From assembly GCA_050730175.1 (NCBI GenBank), contig JBOHMN010000387.1:13336-77335 (forward strand): 64,000 nucleotides of DNA, written 5' to 3'. The stretch is from Acetobacteraceae bacterium (GTDB lineage Bacteria > Pseudomonadota > Alphaproteobacteria > Acetobacterales > Acetobacteraceae). A program made the position numbers and the translations under genes. Under the pieces are notes generated by a model. The model did no database searches. It was given only the letters and a program-made list of their open reading frames with translations, and was not told the DNA's origin. Shown one piece after another: positions 1 to 11,600 of the stretch. The stretch's first letter is position 1. Each line of letters starts with the position of its first letter.

Positions 1-672
1 ACTTCCGCGTGAACTCGGCCTACCCGCAATTCTCGATAAAATGACCTCGATTGCCAGCGCAACTCCTTCGATCCCTTCCATCCCGTTCACCGGATAGAGC
101 TTCCCCATCTGCCGGTAATAGGGGAGGAGCGCGGCAGTCTGGCCATGGTAGGCGGCGAGCCGTGCCAGAACCGTTTCCTTGGTGTCGTCCGCACGGCGAA
201 TGAAGGTCCGTCCGCCGCAACGGTCGCAGACACCGCTAACCCGGGTCGGGCGGAATTTGTCGTGGTAGCTCGCCCCGCATGTTGCGCAACTGAACCGCCC
301 GACGATCCGCTCGGTGAGAGCTGCTTCATCCACTTCGATCACAATGACAGCCGCGAGATCGAGCTCCCGTCCACCGAGCAGACGGTCGAGCGCCTGGGCC
401 TGCGGCACGGTGCGCGGAAAGCCGTCCAGGATCAGGTCGTGCCCATCCTCGGCTGCAATTCGCCGGTCGAGCATCCTGACGATGACGTTGTCGGGTACCA
501 GTTCGCCGCTATCCATGATCGCTTTGGCTTCGCGGCCGATCTCGCTGCCGCTCCCGACCTCCGCGCGCAGCATGTCTCCGGTCGAGATCTGCCGAAAGCC
601 ATGCCGCTGCTCCAGCCGCTCGGCTTGGGTGCCCTTTCCGGCACCGGGTGGGCCGAGCAGGATCAGGATCAT
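1..672 (-). CDS. adk: adenylate kinase, 3' end cut by window edge
   Basis: Not in ORF track because it is open at the window edge. My reverse-strand translation from the ATG at 672-670 gives MILILLGPPGAGKGTQAE (P-loop), then RFSCATCGASYHDKFRPTRVSGVCDRCGG (Zn lid). The frame stays open to base 1. ATGA overlap with the secY stop. Confidence 0.9.
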   Translation of the reverse strand, partial: MILILLGPPGAGKGTQAERLEQRHGFRQISTGDMLRAEVGSGSEIGREAKAIMDSGELVPDNVIVRMLDRRIAAEDGHDLILDGFPRTVPQAQALDRLLGGRELDLAAVIVIEVDEAALTERIVGRFSCATCGASYHDKFRPTRVSGVCDRCGGRTFIRRADDTKETVLARLAAYHGQTAALLPYYRQMGKLYPVNGMEGIEGVALAIEVILSRIAGRPSSRGS

Positions 673-2012
673 CTGCCTCGACCCTTGATCCGCGCCTTGC
701 GTATCAACCCCTCGTACTGGTGCGCCAGCATATGCGACTGGATCTGGGTCACGGTGTCCATACAGACCACGACGATGATGATCAAGCTGGTCCCGCCGAA
801 ATAGAACGGCACCGCGTAATAGCTGATCAGGATTTGCGGCAGCAGGCAAACCGCCACCAGGTAGATCGCCGCGAGCACCGTGATGCGGGTCAGCACAAAA
901 TCGAAATAATTTGCCGTGGCGGTACCCGGCCGGATGCCGGGAATGAAGCCGCTGTACTTCTTGAGATTGTCTGCCGTCTCCTCCGGGTTGAACACCACCG
1001 CCGTGTAGAAGAACGTGAAAAAGAAGATCATCGCTGCGTAGAGCACAAGGAAAAGCGGCTGGCCCTGGCCGAGCATGGTCGAGATACGGGTCAGAATGGA
1101 ATTTCCGGTGCCCTGGGAGAAGCCTGTGATGGTGGCGGGGATCAGCAGGATAGAGCTCGCGAAGATCGGCGGAATCACCCCCGAGGTATTCACTTTGAGC
1201 GGCATATGGGTCGAATCGCCACCGAACATCCGGTTGCCGACCTGGCGCTTCGGATATTGCACCATGACACGCCGGTACGCCCTCTCGATGAAGACGATGA
1301 AGGCGATCACGACGATGGCGAAAACCAAAAAGAAAATGATGAAAACGGTCGAGAGTGCCCCGGTCCGCCCGAGCTGGAGCAGCGAGACCAGCGCTTCGGG
1401 CATGTTGGCGATGATGCCCGCCATGATGATCAGGCTCGCGCCATTGCCCACACCGCGGTCGGTGATCTGCTCGCCGATCCAGGTCAGGAACATGGTGCCG
1501 CCGACCAGGATGATGGTGGCCGAGATGACGAAGAACATCCCCGGATCGGCGACCGCCGCACCCATGCTGCCGCGCACGCTCTCGAGCCCCATCGCGATCC
1601 CGTAGGACTGGAAGACCGCAATCACCACCGTCAGGTAGCGCGTGTACTGGTTCAGGGTCTTGCGCCCGCTTTCGCCCTCTTTGCGCAGCGCTTCGAGCGA
1701 CGGCATCGCCGCCGCCATCATCTGGACGATGATGCTGGCGGTGATATAGGGCATGATGTTCAGCGCGAAGATCGTCATCCGCCCCAGCGCGCCGCCCGAG
1801 AACATGTTGAACATGCCGAGGATGCCGCCGCTCGAGCGCTGCATCAGCTCGGCCATGACCGCTGGATTGACCCCGGGCAGCGGAATGTAGGTGCCGACGC
1901 GATAGATGATCAGCGCGCCGAGGGTGAACCAGATACGCTTCTTGAGGTCGGTCGCCTTGGCGAGCACGCCGAAATTGAAATTCGCAGCAAGTTGTTCGGC
2001 CACCGATGCCAT
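669..2012 (-). CDS. secY: preprotein translocase subunit SecY
   Basis: 447 aa multi-pass membrane ORF with a typical SecY sequence. Lies at the end of the spc operon, before adk. Confidence 0.96.
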   Translation of the reverse strand: MASVAEQLAANFNFGVLAKATDLKKRIWFTLGALIIYRVGTYIPLPGVNPAVMAELMQRSSGGILGMFNMFSGGALGRMTIFALNIMPYITASIIVQMMAAAMPSLEALRKEGESGRKTLNQYTRYLTVVIAVFQSYGIAMGLESVRGSMGAAVADPGMFFVISATIILVGGTMFLTWIGEQITDRGVGNGASLIIMAGIIANMPEALVSLLQLGRTGALSTVFIIFFLVFAIVVIAFIVFIERAYRRVMVQYPKRQVGNRMFGGDSTHMPLKVNTSGVIPPIFASSILLIPATITGFSQGTGNSILTRISTMLGQGQPLFLVLYAAMIFFFTFFYTAVVFNPEETADNLKKYSGFIPGIRPGTATANYFDFVLTRITVLAAIYLVAVCLLPQILISYYAVPFYFGGTSLIIIVVVCMDTVTQIQSHMLAHQYEGLIRKARIKGRGR

Positions 2013-2262
2013 GCAGTATCCTCGGCTTTAAAAGACCGGCACCGTCATCCTCGCGGCTGCTCCGCGAGATAGCAACGCCAGGCAGTCAATCTGCTGTTGC
2101 CAGGAGCAGACTGCAAGATCGCGGGCACACGGATCGGCTCGCACGCCGGCGCGGGCGCGATGCGGCTTGGCGCCGAGGCCGGCTCCCGGCTGCTCGGCTC
2201 GCCGGGAGCGAAGAGGACGAACTCGACGTCGGAATGGCCTCGCGCATCGGCGATTCCGGACC

Positions 2263-2748
2263 TCAGCTCTCTCGCGTCGGCGGGGTGGGCAGGGCGACGT
2301 TGCCGCCCGCCGCCTCAACCGCGGCGACCGCAGCCTTCGACGCCCGAGCCACCGTGATCCGAATGGCGTGCTCGATGCGCCCCCCGGCGAGCAGGCTGAC
2401 GCCCTTCCACTGCCCCTGCTTGCCAATCAGTCCGGCACCGCGGAGTGCCTCAGCGTCGATCGGCCGCGTCATGTCGAGCCGGCCAGCGGCGATTGCGCCC
2501 GCAATCGCGCCCAGGTTGACCGGTGCATAGGTGGTGCGGAAAGGATTCGTGAAGCCGCGCTTCGGGAACCGCCGGTAGATCGGCATCTGACCGCCTTCGA
2601 AGCCGTTCAGTGCGACCCCGGTACGCGCCTTCTGTCCCTTCACCCCGCGCCCGCAAGTCTTTCCCTTGCCGGAGCCGATGCCCCGGCCGACCCGCTTTGC
2701 GGCGTGCCGTGCGCCAGCCCGGTCGGTCAATTCGTTGAGTTTCATCAT
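2263..2748 (-). CDS. rplO: 50S ribosomal protein L15 (uL15)
   Basis: ORF 2263..2874 trimmed to [35 protein letters not shown]. The upstream extension is not L15-like. Confidence 0.93.
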   Translation of the reverse strand: MMKLNELTDRAGARHAAKRVGRGIGSGKGKTCGRGVKGQKARTGVALNGFEGGQMPIYRRFPKRGFTNPFRTTYAPVNLGAIAGAIAAGRLDMTRPIDAEALRGAGLIGKQGQWKGVSLLAGGRIEHAIRITVARASKAAVAAVEAAGGNVALPTPPTRES

Positions 2749-2761
2749 GCGCTCCCGCCGC

Positions 2762-2953
2762 TCAAGATAGCTCTTCGACCCGAACCAAGTGTGCCACCTT
2801 GCGCAGCATGCCACGCACTGCCGGAGTTGCCGGTAGAACCCGGCTTCGGCGCAAGCGATTGAGGCCGAGCCCAAGCAACGTCTCCCGCTGGCCCGGCTTG
2901 CGGCCAGCCGCAGAGGCGATTTGCGTCACCCGCACTTGCTTCACCTCAGGCAT
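2762..2953 (-). CDS. rpmD: 50S ribosomal protein L30 (uL30)
   Basis: Last 63 aa of ORF 2762..3262, starting [34 protein letters not shown] at 2953-2951 checked. Overlaps the rpsE end by 8 nt. Confidence 0.9.
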   Translation of the reverse strand: MPEVKQVRVTQIASAAGRKPGQRETLLGLGLNRLRRSRVLPATPAVRGMLRKVAHLVRVEELS

Positions 2954-3515
2954 CAGCTGGGGCCTCGGCCTGCACTTGGCCCTCGCGCCGGCCCAGGAGA
3001 TCAGAGACTTTCTTGCCCCGGCGCTGTGCCACCATCCGTGGCGTCGCAGAGTGTCCGAGTGCGGCGAACGTCGCCTTGACCATGTTGTGTGGGTTGCGGC
3101 TGCCCACGCACTTGGCAACCACGTCGCCGATGCCGAGTGACTCGAATACCGCGCGCATCGCCCCGCCGGCGATGATCCCGGTGCCCGCAGGTGCCGCCCG
3201 CAACACGACGCGGCCGGCGCCGAATCGTCCCTCGACATCGTAATGCAGAGTACGGCCCTCACGCATCGGCACGCGGATCATCGCCCGCTTCGCCCGGTCG
3301 GTCGCTTTGCGGATCGCTTCCGGCACTTCCCGCGCTTTGCCCGCGCCATAGCCGACCCGTCCCTTTTGATCTCCGACCACCACCAGTGCGGCAAAGGCGA
3401 ACCGCCGCCCGCCCTTCACCACCTTTGCGACGCGGTTGATGCTGACCAGCTTATCGACTAGCTCGTCGCCTGAATCGCGTTCCCGACCGCGACCGTCCCT
3501 TGGTTCCCGTGCCAT
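2946..3515 (-). CDS. rpsE: 30S ribosomal protein S5 (uS5)
   Basis: 189 aa containing [26 protein letters not shown]. Fits spc operon order. Confidence 0.96.
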   Translation of the reverse strand: MAREPRDGRGRERDSGDELVDKLVSINRVAKVVKGGRRFAFAALVVVGDQKGRVGYGAGKAREVPEAIRKATDRAKRAMIRVPMREGRTLHYDVEGRFGAGRVVLRAAPAGTGIIAGGAMRAVFESLGIGDVVAKCVGSRNPHNMVKATFAALGHSATPRMVAQRRGKKVSDLLGRREGQVQAEAPADA

Positions 3516-3526
3516 TTCCTGCGCCC

Positions 3527-3889
3527 TTAAAAGGCCAGCCCGCCCTCGCGGGCCGCGTCGGCGAGTGCCTGCACCCGCCCGTGATAGAGATACGCGCCGC
3601 GATCGAACACCACGTCCTTGATGCCCGCCGCCAGGGCGCGTTCCGCGATAAGCCGGCCGACGGCGGCGGCTGCCTTGCGGTCGGCTCCGCTCTCGAGCGA
3701 GCTCCTGAGCGCGGGCTCCAGGCTTGAAGCCGCCGCCACCGTTCGGCCCGCGGCGTCATCGATCACCTGCGCATAGATGTGCCGCCCCGAGCGGAATACC
3801 GACAGCCGCGGTCGCCCACCTCCCTTCTGGCGGAGCCGGACGCGCAGCCTTGCCCGCCGGCGCGTCCGGAGTTCCCCGATCGCACTCAT
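3527..3889 (-). CDS. rplR: 50S ribosomal protein L18 (uL18)
   Basis: 120 aa containing [20 protein letters not shown]. Confidence 0.96.
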   Translation of the reverse strand: MSAIGELRTRRRARLRVRLRQKGGGRPRLSVFRSGRHIYAQVIDDAAGRTVAAASSLEPALRSSLESGADRKAAAAVGRLIAERALAAGIKDVVFDRGAYLYHGRVQALADAAREGGLAF

Positions 3890-3890
3890 C

Positions 3891-4427
3891 CTACTTCTTC
3901 TTGCCTTCCTTGCGGCGGATCACTTCCGCCTGGTACTTCACACCTTTGCCTTTGTAGGGCTCGGGCCGCCGAAAGCCGCGAATCTCTGCCGCCACCTGGC
4001 CTACCAGCCGCTTGTCTGCGCCTTCCACCCGGATCGCGGTCGGCTTCTCGCACGTGACGCGAATGCCGTCCGGCACCGGAAAGACGATCTCATGCGAATA
4101 GCCAAGATTGAGCACGAGATTGCGGCCCTGCACCTGTGCCCGAAAGCCGGTGCCGCTGATCTCCATCGCTTTCTTGTATCCCGTCGAAACACCGCGCACC
4201 ATGTTGGCGACGTGTGCCCGTGTGGTGCCCCACATCATGCGGGCCCGCCGTTCTTTCCCGGTCGGCGTGATCACGACGTGCTGCTGGTCGACACGCGCGT
4301 CTACATCCGCCCCAAGCGCAAGCGAGAGAGAACCGAGCGTGCCCGTTGCCGTGAGCGTGCGCCCGGCGAGAGCAATCTCGACGCCGGGCGGGATGGGAAC
4401 CGGGTATTTGCCGACGCGTGACATCAT
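3891..4427 (-). CDS. rplF: 50S ribosomal protein L6 (uL6)
   Basis: 178 aa starting [18 protein letters not shown]. The start could be either of two adjacent ATGs. Confidence 0.96.
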   Translation of the reverse strand: MMSRVGKYPVPIPPGVEIALAGRTLTATGTLGSLSLALGADVDARVDQQHVVITPTGKERRARMMWGTTRAHVANMVRGVSTGYKKAMEISGTGFRAQVQGRNLVLNLGYSHEIVFPVPDGIRVTCEKPTAIRVEGADKRLVGQVAAEIRGFRRPEPYKGKGVKYQAEVIRRKEGKKK

Positions 4428-4435
4428 CTCGTTCC

Positions 4436-4834
4436 TCAGAACACGCGACAGAGCACCTCGCCGCCGACATTGGCAGCGCGCGCCTCGGCGTCGCTCATCA
4501 CCCCGCGCGGGGTGGAAAGGATGGATACGCCAAGCCCGGCATAGACGCGTGGCAATTCGCGGATCTTCGAATAAACGCGCCGGCCCGGTTTGGAAACCCG
4601 CGTGATCTCTTTGATCACCGGCTCACCTTCTGCGTACTTCAGCTCGATCCTGAGCCGCGCCACGCCAGGCCGCAACTCCTCGGCTGAGAAGCCGCGGATG
4701 AACCCCTCACGCTTCAGCACCTCGAGCACGTTCGCCCGCAGGCGCGAAGCCGGTGCCACGCACACTGTTTGCCCCGCCCGTTGGGCGTTGCGCATGCGGC
4801 TCAGCATATCACCGAGAGGATCTGAAACCGCCAC
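4436..4834 (-). CDS. rpsH: 30S ribosomal protein S8 (uS8)
   Basis: 132 aa starting [18 protein letters not shown]. Confidence 0.96.
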   Translation of the reverse strand: MAVSDPLGDMLSRMRNAQRAGQTVCVAPASRLRANVLEVLKREGFIRGFSAEELRPGVARLRIELKYAEGEPVIKEITRVSKPGRRVYSKIRELPRVYAGLGVSILSTPRGVMSDAEARAANVGGEVLCRVF

Positions 4835-4846
4835 CGGATACCTCCG

Positions 4847-5152
4847 TCACCAACTCGCCTTAACCAATCCGGGAATCTGCCCGGCACCAGCAAGCTCGCG
4901 CAAAGCAATGCGGCAGAGCCGGAACTTGCGGTAATTGCCGCGCGAACGCCCCGTGAGTTCGCAGCGCAACCGGACGCGCACCTTGGCCGCATTGCGTGGC
5001 ATCGCCGCCAGCCTGATCGACGCCTCGAAGCGTTCTTCCACCGCCGCCTTGCGATCCATGACTACCTTCTTCAACGCCGCCCGCTTCGGGGCATCGCGGA
5101 CCGCCATGCGCTGGCGTCGGAGATTACGGTTGACCTGGGAGAGCTTCGCCAT
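4847..5152 (-). CDS. rpsN: 30S ribosomal protein S14 (uS14), long form
   Basis: 101 aa, ending in [26 protein letters not shown]. Confidence 0.95.
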   Translation of the reverse strand: MAKLSQVNRNLRRQRMAVRDAPKRAALKKVVMDRKAAVEERFEASIRLAAMPRNAAKVRVRLRCELTGRSRGNYRKFRLCRIALRELAGAGQIPGLVKASW

Positions 5153-5174
5153 TCTTCTCGCGCGCCTCTCTTTC

Positions 5175-5747
5175 TCAACTCGTGAAGGGTAGGTCGAAGC
5201 CGCGCAGCAGCGCCTTCGCCTCCCGATCTGTCTTCGCCGTGGTCACGAAGACGACGTTCATGCCGCGAATGGCATCCACTTTGTCGTAGTTGATCTCAGG
5301 AAACACGATCTGCTCCTTGAGGCCGAGTGCGAAATTGCCCCGCCCGTCGAATCCTTTCTCGCCGATGCCGCGGAAATCGCGCACGCGCGGCAGCGCAATA
5401 TTCACCAGCCGGTCCAGGAACTCCCACATTCGCGCCTTGCGCAGCGTGACTTTGCAGCCGATCGCCAGACCCTTGCGGATTTTGAACGCCGCAATCGCCT
5501 TCTTCGCCAGCGTCTTCACCGGCCTCTGGCCGGCGATCAGCGCGAGCTCGGCAAGCGCCGAGTCGAGCTTTTTCTGGTCCGATGCCGCTTCGCCCACTCC
5601 CATATTGATGACGATCTTCTCGAGCCTGGGCACTTGCATCACGTTGCGGTAGCCGAACTCGCTTTGGAGCGCCGCCCGCAGCACCTGCTGGTAGCGGCGC
5701 TGCAGGCGCGGCATCTCCCGGAGCTCTTTTCCAGCAGTCTCACTCAT
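5175..5747 (-). CDS. rplE: 50S ribosomal protein L5 (uL5)
   Basis: 190 aa containing [16 protein letters not shown]. The true start may be the internal MPRLQRRY. Confidence 0.95.
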   Translation of the reverse strand: MSETAGKELREMPRLQRRYQQVLRAALQSEFGYRNVMQVPRLEKIVINMGVGEAASDQKKLDSALAELALIAGQRPVKTLAKKAIAAFKIRKGLAIGCKVTLRKARMWEFLDRLVNIALPRVRDFRGIGEKGFDGRGNFALGLKEQIVFPEINYDKVDAIRGMNVVFVTTAKTDREAKALLRGFDLPFTS

Positions 5748-5759
5748 CTCGGGCGCTCC

Positions 5760-6080
5760 TCACCGGTCGATCGCCTGGCCGCTCTTTCTGGCAAAGCGCA
5801 CCTTCCGCCCGTCCTCCAGACGCCGGAACCCGACGCGCGTCGGCTTGTCGGTCGAGGGGTCGATCAGCGCCAGCTTTGCGAGGTGAATGGGCACATCCCG
5901 CTCGATGATACCGCCGGGCTGGCCCACCCCGCGTGGTTTCTCATGGTGCATCGCTGATCTCACACCGCGCACAACGGCGCGGCTTTCCTTGGGCAGCACG
6001 TGCAAGACCTCGCCGCGTTTGCCCTTGGCGACACCGCTGATCACCTCCACCTGGTCTCCCTTGCGGATCCGCGCCGCCAT
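5760..6080 (-). CDS. rplX: 50S ribosomal protein L24 (uL24)
   Basis: 106 aa starting [25 protein letters not shown]. Confidence 0.95.
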   Translation of the reverse strand: MAARIRKGDQVEVISGVAKGKRGEVLHVLPKESRAVVRGVRSAMHHEKPRGVGQPGGIIERDVPIHLAKLALIDPSTDKPTRVGFRRLEDGRKVRFARKSGQAIDR

Positions 6081-6084
6081 TTCG

Positions 6085-6453
6085 CTACAAGACCTCCGGG
6101 GCCAGGCTGATAATCTTCATGAACCGCTTGGCGCGCAGCTCCCGCACCACCGGGCCGAAGATGCGGGTTCCGATCGGCTCTTGTTGCTTGGTGATCAAGA
6201 CAGCCGCGTTGCGATCGAAGCGGATCGCGCTGCCGTCGGCGCGCCGGACCGGAAACGCGGTGCGGACGATCACGGCCTGATGCACGTCCCCCTTCTTCAC
6301 CTTGCCGCGGGGAATGGCTTCCTTGATCGAAACCACGATCACGTCGCCGACCGAGGCGCTCTTGCGCCGCGATCCGCCCAGCACCTTGATGCATTGCACG
6401 CGCCGCGCGCCCGAATTGTCCGCGACATCGAGATTGGTCTCGGGTTGGATCAT
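6085..6453 (-). CDS. rplN: 50S ribosomal protein L14 (uL14)
   Basis: 122 aa starting [27 protein letters not shown]. Confidence 0.97.
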   Translation of the reverse strand: MIQPETNLDVADNSGARRVQCIKVLGGSRRKSASVGDVIVVSIKEAIPRGKVKKGDVHQAVIVRTAFPVRRADGSAIRFDRNAAVLITKQQEPIGTRIFGPVVRELRAKRFMKIISLAPEVL

Positions 6454-6463
6454 CGGCCTCTCC

Positions 6464-6727
6464 TCAGCCGCTCGCTGTCTCGGCGAACCGCTCGCCGTTG
6501 CGCTCGATCACCAGCCAGGCTTTCCGCTTGCTGATCCTCGGGCACTCCTCGATTCGCACGACGTCGCCCACCTTGCAGGCATTGCCTTCGTCATGCGCCG
6601 CGTATTTCTTCGAGCGACGAATGAACTTCTTGTAGAGCGGGTGCATCACGTGCCGCCCGACCAGCACCGTCACCGTCTTGTCCATCCGCTCGCTCACCAC
6701 GCGGCCGCTCAGAATGCGCCTCGGCAT
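6464..6727 (-). CDS. rpsQ: 30S ribosomal protein S17 (uS17)
   Basis: 87 aa starting [23 protein letters not shown]. Confidence 0.95.
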   Translation of the reverse strand: MPRRILSGRVVSERMDKTVTVLVGRHVMHPLYKKFIRRSKKYAAHDEGNACKVGDVVRIEECPRISKRKAWLVIERNGERFAETASG

Positions 6728-6738
6728 CGGCTCCTCCT

Positions 6739-6948
6739 TCAGCCTTTCCGCTGCGCCGAGCGCCGGCGCTCCGCCATCACCGTCTTCACCCGTGCGATCT
6801 CCTTGCGCACCACCGGAACGCGCGCCACCCCCTCCTGCTGGCCGGTGGCACGCTGGAAGCGCAGGTTGAACTGCTCCTTTCTGAGGTCGAGGAGCATCGT
6901 CCCGAGCTCATCCGGGGTCCTGGTACGGAGCTCTGCCGCCTTGCTCAT
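6739..6948 (-). CDS. rpmC: 50S ribosomal protein L29 (uL29)
   Basis: 69 aa containing [27 protein letters not shown]. Confidence 0.94.
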   Translation of the reverse strand: MSKAAELRTRTPDELGTMLLDLRKEQFNLRFQRATGQQEGVARVPVVRKEIARVKTVMAERRRSAQRKG

Positions 6949-6952
6949 TGCC

Positions 6953-7369
6953 TCAGCCCTCGCCGGCCCGGCTCACGAAGCGCGTCTTCATCGGCAGCTT
7001 GTTCGCGCCGAGCGCGAGCGCTTCGCGCGCCACCGCCGGGGGAACGCCGTCCAGCTCGAACAGAATGCGCCCTGGTTTCACCCGGCAAACCCAGAACTCC
7101 GGGCTCCCTTTGCCCGAACCCATCCTGACTTCCGCCGGCTTGATTGACACCGGCACGTCGGGAAAGATGCGGATCCACACCCGGCCGGTACGCCGCATGG
7201 CGCGTGTAATGGCGCGCCGCGCCGCCTCGATCTGGCGCGCTGTCACGCGCTCGGGCGCCAACGCTTTGAGGCCGAACGCGCCGAAATCGAGGCGCGTCGC
7301 ACCCTTGGCGAAGCCGTGAATGCGCCCCTTGTGGGCCTTGCGAAACTTGCTGCGCTTCGGAGATAGCAT
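6953..7369 (-). CDS. rplP: 50S ribosomal protein L16 (uL16)
   Basis: 138 aa starting [19 protein letters not shown]. Confidence 0.97.
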   Translation of the reverse strand: MLSPKRSKFRKAHKGRIHGFAKGATRLDFGAFGLKALAPERVTARQIEAARRAITRAMRRTGRVWIRIFPDVPVSIKPAEVRMGSGKGSPEFWVCRVKPGRILFELDGVPPAVAREALALGANKLPMKTRFVSRAGEG

Positions 7370-7382
7370 CGCTCTGCCCCGT

Positions 7383-8063
7383 TCAGCGCTGCGGCGCCTG
7401 CTCGGCGGCGCGACGGTCCTGCGCCATCGGGTCGTGGGCCATGATTTCGCCCTTGAAGACCCAGACCTTCACCCCGCAGGTGCCGTATGTCGTCTTGGCG
7501 GTGGCCGCGCCGAAATCGACATCAGCACGCAACGTGTGCAGCGGCACCCTTCCTTCGCGATACCACTCGACGCGGGCGATCTCGGCTCCGCCAAGGCGCC
7601 CACCACACTGGATGCGAATGCCCTGCGCGCCGAGCCGCATCGCCGACTGCACGGCCCGCTTCATCGCCCGCCGGAATGCGACCCGTCGCTCAAGCTGCTG
7701 CGCGACATTTTCGGCAACCAACGTGGCGTCGATCTCCGGCTTCCTGATTTCGACGATGTTGAGCGCGACATCCGTCTTCGCCATCGCCGCCAGGTTCTTC
7801 CGCAGCACGTCGATATCCTGGCCCTTCTTGCCGATCACGACGCCAGGGCGCGCGACATAAATCGTCACCCGCGGCTTCTTGGCTGGCCGCTCGATAACGA
7901 CACGGGAGAGGCCTGCCCCGGTCAATCGAGACTTCAGATGCTTCCTGAGCCTGAGATCTTCATGCAGCAGGCCCGCATAGTCGGCATCGTTTGCGTACCA
8001 GCGGCTGTCCCAGGTCCGGTTGATGCCCACACGAAGCCCGATCGGATTGACCTTGTGCCCCAC
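7383..8063 (-). CDS. rpsC: 30S ribosomal protein S3 (uS3)
   Basis: 226 aa starting [24 protein letters not shown]. Confidence 0.97.
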   Translation of the reverse strand: MGHKVNPIGLRVGINRTWDSRWYANDADYAGLLHEDLRLRKHLKSRLTGAGLSRVVIERPAKKPRVTIYVARPGVVIGKKGQDIDVLRKNLAAMAKTDVALNIVEIRKPEIDATLVAENVAQQLERRVAFRRAMKRAVQSAMRLGAQGIRIQCGGRLGGAEIARVEWYREGRVPLHTLRADVDFGAATAKTTYGTCGVKVWVFKGEIMAHDPMAQDRRAAEQAPQR

Positions 8064-8462
8064 TTAGCCGGCCTCCTCTCCGGATGCTGTCTCGGCTCGC
8101 TCGGAGACGACGATCCGGATATGGCTGAACCACTTCTCCACCCGCGCGGCACGGCCGCGACCGCGGGCCTGAAAACGCCGCATCACCGCCGCGCGACCGA
8201 CCTCGGCGTGCTTGACGACCAGGCGATCGACGTCGAGCTGGTGATTGTTCTCGGCGTTGGCGATCGCGCTCTCGAGCGCCTTGCGCACCGCCTGCGCAAT
8301 GCGCCGGCGGCTAAAGGTGAGCCGCGAGACGGCCTCCGAGACTGGCAGGTTGCGAATCAGGCCGGCCACCAGATTGAGCTTGCGCGGGCTGACCCTGAGG
8401 TTGCGGATGATCGCCTCGGCTTCGGTATCGTCAAGGCGGCGCGGGAGCTTGACCTTGCTCAT
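8064..8462 (-). CDS. rplV: 50S ribosomal protein L22 (uL22)
   Basis: ORF 8064..8495 trimmed to [30 protein letters not shown]. This start sits 1 nt after the rpsS stop. Confidence 0.93.
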   Translation of the reverse strand: MSKVKLPRRLDDTEAEAIIRNLRVSPRKLNLVAGLIRNLPVSEAVSRLTFSRRRIAQAVRKALESAIANAENNHQLDVDRLVVKHAEVGRAAVMRRFQARGRGRAARVEKWFSHIRIVVSERAETASGEEAG

Positions 8463-8463
8463 C

Positions 8464-8742
8464 TCAGGCTCGCCTCGCCTTGCGATCGGCGGCATGGCCG
8501 CTAAAGGTCCGGGTCGGGGAAAACTCCCCGAACTTGTGGCCTACCATGTTCTCACTCACCTGCACCGGCAGGAACTTGCGGCCGTTATAGACACCGAAGG
8601 TGAGGCCCACGAACTGCGGCAGTATGGTCGAGCGCCGCGACCAGATCCGGATGATTTCATTACGCCCGGACGCATGTGCGGCGTCCGCCTTGGCCAGCAG
8701 GTAGCCGTCGACGAACGGACCCTTCCAGACCGAGCGTGCCAT
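8464..8742 (-). CDS. rpsS: 30S ribosomal protein S19 (uS19)
   Basis: 92 aa starting [16 protein letters not shown]. Confidence 0.97.
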   Translation of the reverse strand: MARSVWKGPFVDGYLLAKADAAHASGRNEIIRIWSRRSTILPQFVGLTFGVYNGRKFLPVQVSENMVGHKFGEFSPTRTFSGHAADRKARRA

Positions 8743-8746
8743 CGTC

Positions 8747-9580
8747 TCAGCCCTTCCCCTTGTTGCGCCGGCGGATGATCAACTTGTCAGTCCGCTTGTT
8801 GACTCGCGTCTTGTAGCCCTTGGTCGGCTTGCCCCAGGGAGTGGTCGGGTGCCGCCCGCCGGAGCTTCTGCCCTCGCCGCCGCCCAGCGGATGATCGACC
8901 GGGTTCATCGTCACACCGCGGTTGTGCGGCCGCCGCCCGAGCCAGCGGCTCCGGCCGGCCTTGCCGATGTGCTGGTTGGAATTGTCGGGGTTGGAAACGG
9001 CACCGATGCTTGCCATGCACTCGGCCCGGACTACCCTGAGCTCCCCCGAGCCAAGCTTGAGCTGGGCATAACCGGCATCTTTGCCGACCAGCTGCGCGTA
9101 CGTGCCCCCGGCGCGTGCGAGCTTGCCGCCCGCGCCCGGTTTCATCTCGATGTTATGCACGATCGTGCCCACCGGGATCGCCGCCAACGGCATGGCGTTG
9201 CCGGGCTTGATGTCGGCCCGTGCCGCGGCAATGACGCTGTCCCCGGCGGCCAGGCGCTGCGGGGCAAGGATGTAGGAGAGCACGCCGTCGCGATAGCGGA
9301 TCAAAGCGATGAACGCCGTACGGTTAGGGTCGTATTCCAGCCGCTCGACGACCGCATCGATATCGAAGCGCCGGCGTTTGAAGTCCACCAGCCGGTACGT
9401 GCGCTTGTGGCCGCCGCCGCGAAAGCGGCTGGTGATCCGCCCGTGGTGGTTGCGCGCCCCGGTCGCCGTCTTGCCCACGGTCAGCCGCTTGACCGGCTTG
9501 CCTTTCCAGAGCCCGACCCGGCTGACTAGAACGGTGCCGCGCAGGCTTGGCGTGATCGGATTGAATGTCTTGAGCGCCAT
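8747..9580 (-). CDS. rplB: 50S ribosomal protein L2 (uL2)
   Basis: ORF 8747..9598 trimmed to [15 protein letters not shown]. This avoids overlap with rplW. Confidence 0.95.
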   Translation of the reverse strand: MALKTFNPITPSLRGTVLVSRVGLWKGKPVKRLTVGKTATGARNHHGRITSRFRGGGHKRTYRLVDFKRRRFDIDAVVERLEYDPNRTAFIALIRYRDGVLSYILAPQRLAAGDSVIAAARADIKPGNAMPLAAIPVGTIVHNIEMKPGAGGKLARAGGTYAQLVGKDAGYAQLKLGSGELRVVRAECMASIGAVSNPDNSNQHIGKAGRSRWLGRRPHNRGVTMNPVDHPLGGGEGRSSGGRHPTTPWGKPTKGYKTRVNKRTDKLIIRRRNKGKG

Positions 9581-9594
9581 TCGCTTCCCCCCGC

Positions 9595-9936
9595 TCACGT
9601 AAGCTTCGAGGTGAAGTCGATGTTCTGGCCTTCGGCCAGCCGCACGAACGCCTTCTTCACATCCGGCCTCCGGCCGGGTCGGCCACGAAACCGCTTGAGT
9701 TTGCCCTTGGCGATCAGAGTGTTCACCGCGAGGACCTTGACGCCGAACAGACCTTCGATCGCCGCCTTGATCTCGGGCTTCGTAGCGTCGGCAGCGACCC
9801 GGAAGGCAACTTGCCCGCGTTCACCGAGCGCCGTCGCTTTCTCGGTGATCACCGGGCGCAGGATGATCCGGTACATCGCCTCGCGCGAGAGCCGCCGCGC
9901 CGGGCGGGGAATTGCCTCCGTTCGTTCCGCGCTCAT
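9595..9936 (-). CDS. rplW: 50S ribosomal protein L23 (uL23)
   Basis: 113 aa containing [11 protein letters not shown]. The N-terminus is about 15 aa longer than usual. Start at 9936 gives a 4-nt overlap with the rplD stop. An internal start at MYRII is possible. Confidence 0.9.
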   Translation of the reverse strand: MSAERTEAIPRPARRLSREAMYRIILRPVITEKATALGERGQVAFRVAADATKPEIKAAIEGLFGVKVLAVNTLIAKGKLKRFRGRPGRRPDVKKAFVRLAEGQNIDFTSKLT

Positions 9937-10550
9937 GTCAGCCGCTCCGCAAGGCCGGCGACGCCGGCGCGCGTGATCACCAGAAACTCGTGATTGAGGA
10001 TGTCATACACGTTGGCGCCAATTGTCGGCAGGACGTCGATCCCTTCGAGATTGCGGCTGGCGCGGCGAAACCCGGCATCGACTTCGCGGTCGATCACCAG
10101 CGCGGAATCCCACCCGAGCGCGTTCAGCCGCCCCCTGAGCTCCTTCGTCTTCGGTTCCGAGGTCGCAGCCTCGAGGACGACAAGCTTGCCCTCCGCTAAC
10201 TTCTGTGAAAGGGCGGAAATCAGCCCGAGCCGCCGCACCTTCTTCGGCAGCTGATAAGCGTGCGAGCGTGGCAGCGGACCATGCACGACGCCCCCGGTGC
10301 GGAACTGCGGCGCACGCAGACTGCCCTGGCGCGCCCGGCCGGTACCCTTCTGCCGGTAAGGCTTCCTGGTCGTTCCGGAGACCTCGCTCATGCCCTTCGT
10401 CTTATGCGTACCGCGACGGCGCTTGGCCAACTGCCAATGCACCACGCGCGCCATCACATCGAGACGCGGGGCGGCGGTGAAAAGCGCGTCGGGCAACTCG
10501 ATCGCGCCAGCCTCGGTATTGTCGAGTGTTCTGACCGCGATCTGCATCAC
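9933..10550 (-). CDS. rplD: 50S ribosomal protein L4 (uL4)
   Basis: 205 aa containing [29 protein letters not shown]. Confidence 0.96.
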   Translation of the reverse strand: MMQIAVRTLDNTEAGAIELPDALFTAAPRLDVMARVVHWQLAKRRRGTHKTKGMSEVSGTTRKPYRQKGTGRARQGSLRAPQFRTGGVVHGPLPRSHAYQLPKKVRRLGLISALSQKLAEGKLVVLEAATSEPKTKELRGRLNALGWDSALVIDREVDAGFRRASRNLEGIDVLPTIGANVYDILNHEFLVITRAGVAGLAERLT

Positions 10551-11233
10551 GCCCCCGTTCCCCCGGCATAGCCGGCCGGCAGCGGAGCCTCCGCGGGGAG
10601 CGGTCGCTTCACTGCGTCGCGTACCCTGACGAATGCGCCCTTCCCTCCGGGCACGGCCCCGCGCAGCATCAGAAGCCCACGCTCGGCGTCCACGGCCGCC
10701 ACCTCCAGGTTGAGCACGCTGACCCGCTCAGCCCCGAGATGTCCGGCCATCTTCTTGTTTTTGAAGGTCCGCCCTGGATCCTGACGATTGCCGGTCGAGC
10801 CGTGGCTGCGATGGCTGACGGAGACGCCGTGGCTCGCCTCGAGGCCGCGGAAATTCCAGCGCTTCATGGCGCCGGCGAATCCCTTGCCTCTGCTGACCGA
10901 CGTGACATCGACCCGTTGGCCGACAACGAAATGCGCCGGGGAGAGCAGCCTGCCAATTTCGGGCGCCTGGTCGGGCGCAACGCGGAACTCGGCAAGCTTC
11001 GCCTTCGGCTCGATCTTGCTCTTGGCGAAATGGCCGCGGTTCGGCTTGCTCACACGCTGCGGCTTGGCGCTTCCCCAGCCAAGTTGCACCGCGTCGTAGC
11101 CGTCCTTCTCGTGCGTCCGGCGGCTGACCACCTGGAGCTGGTCGAGATGCAGCATCGTTACGGGAACGTGCGCGCCGTCGGCGCGGAAAATCCGCGTCAT
11201 CCCGAGCTTGCGGGCCAGAAGTCCGGTGCGCAT
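10547..11233 (-). CDS. rplC: 50S ribosomal protein L3 (uL3)
   Basis: 228 aa starting [16 protein letters not shown]. Confidence 0.96.
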   Translation of the reverse strand: MRTGLLARKLGMTRIFRADGAHVPVTMLHLDQLQVVSRRTHEKDGYDAVQLGWGSAKPQRVSKPNRGHFAKSKIEPKAKLAEFRVAPDQAPEIGRLLSPAHFVVGQRVDVTSVSRGKGFAGAMKRWNFRGLEASHGVSVSHRSHGSTGNRQDPGRTFKNKKMAGHLGAERVSVLNLEVAAVDAERGLLMLRGAVPGGKGAFVRVRDAVKRPLPAEAPLPAGYAGGTGA

Positions 11234-11243
11234 GCCACGTCCC

Positions 11244-11558
11244 TCAGATCTTGATCTCGACGTCGACGCCGGCAGCCAGGTCGAGCTTCATCAACGCATC
11301 GACCGTCTGCGGCGTCGGCTCGACGATATCGAGCAGGCGCCGATGAGTGCGGATTTCGAACTGCTCGCGGCTCTTTTTGTCGATATGCGGCGAGCGGTTC
11401 ACGGTAAACCGCTCGATGTGCGTCGGCAGCGGGATCGGGCCCCTGACGCGCGCCCCCGTCCGCTTGGCGGTGTTGACGATCTCCTTCGTGCTGTTGTCGA
11501 GCACGCGATGGTCGTACGCCTTGAGTCGGATGCGGATATTCTGGTTGTCCATCGGCAT
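11244..11558 (-). CDS. rpsJ: 30S ribosomal protein S10 (uS10)
   Basis: 104 aa containing [14 protein letters not shown]. Confidence 0.97.
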   Translation of the reverse strand: MPMDNQNIRIRLKAYDHRVLDNSTKEIVNTAKRTGARVRGPIPLPTHIERFTVNRSPHIDKKSREQFEIRTHRRLLDIVEPTPQTVDALMKLDLAAGVDVEIKI

Positions 11559-11600
11559 GCTCTTCGCGCCCGCCCTGCTATCCGCTGACCCGCCGCTCTC

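Noticed and set aside
648-2072. 474-aa plus-strand ORF rich in His/Asp/Arg/Glu, opposite secY. Similar long antisense ORFs lie at 7320..8504, 11796..13436, 25192..26586, 28902..30563, 39400..41385, 42981..44231, 59389..61038 (plus) and 16865..18160, 20463..21698, 36924..38684, 49503..50900, 49729..51498, 52018..53886, 54139..55353, 55709..57442, 61035..62753 (minus).
   Set aside because: Each lies exactly opposite a well-supported conserved gene. Their composition is the mirror image of the sense codons, with low-complexity Arg/His/Asp/Pro runs. Stop codons are rare in off-frames of GC-rich DNA. None shows a recognisable domain.
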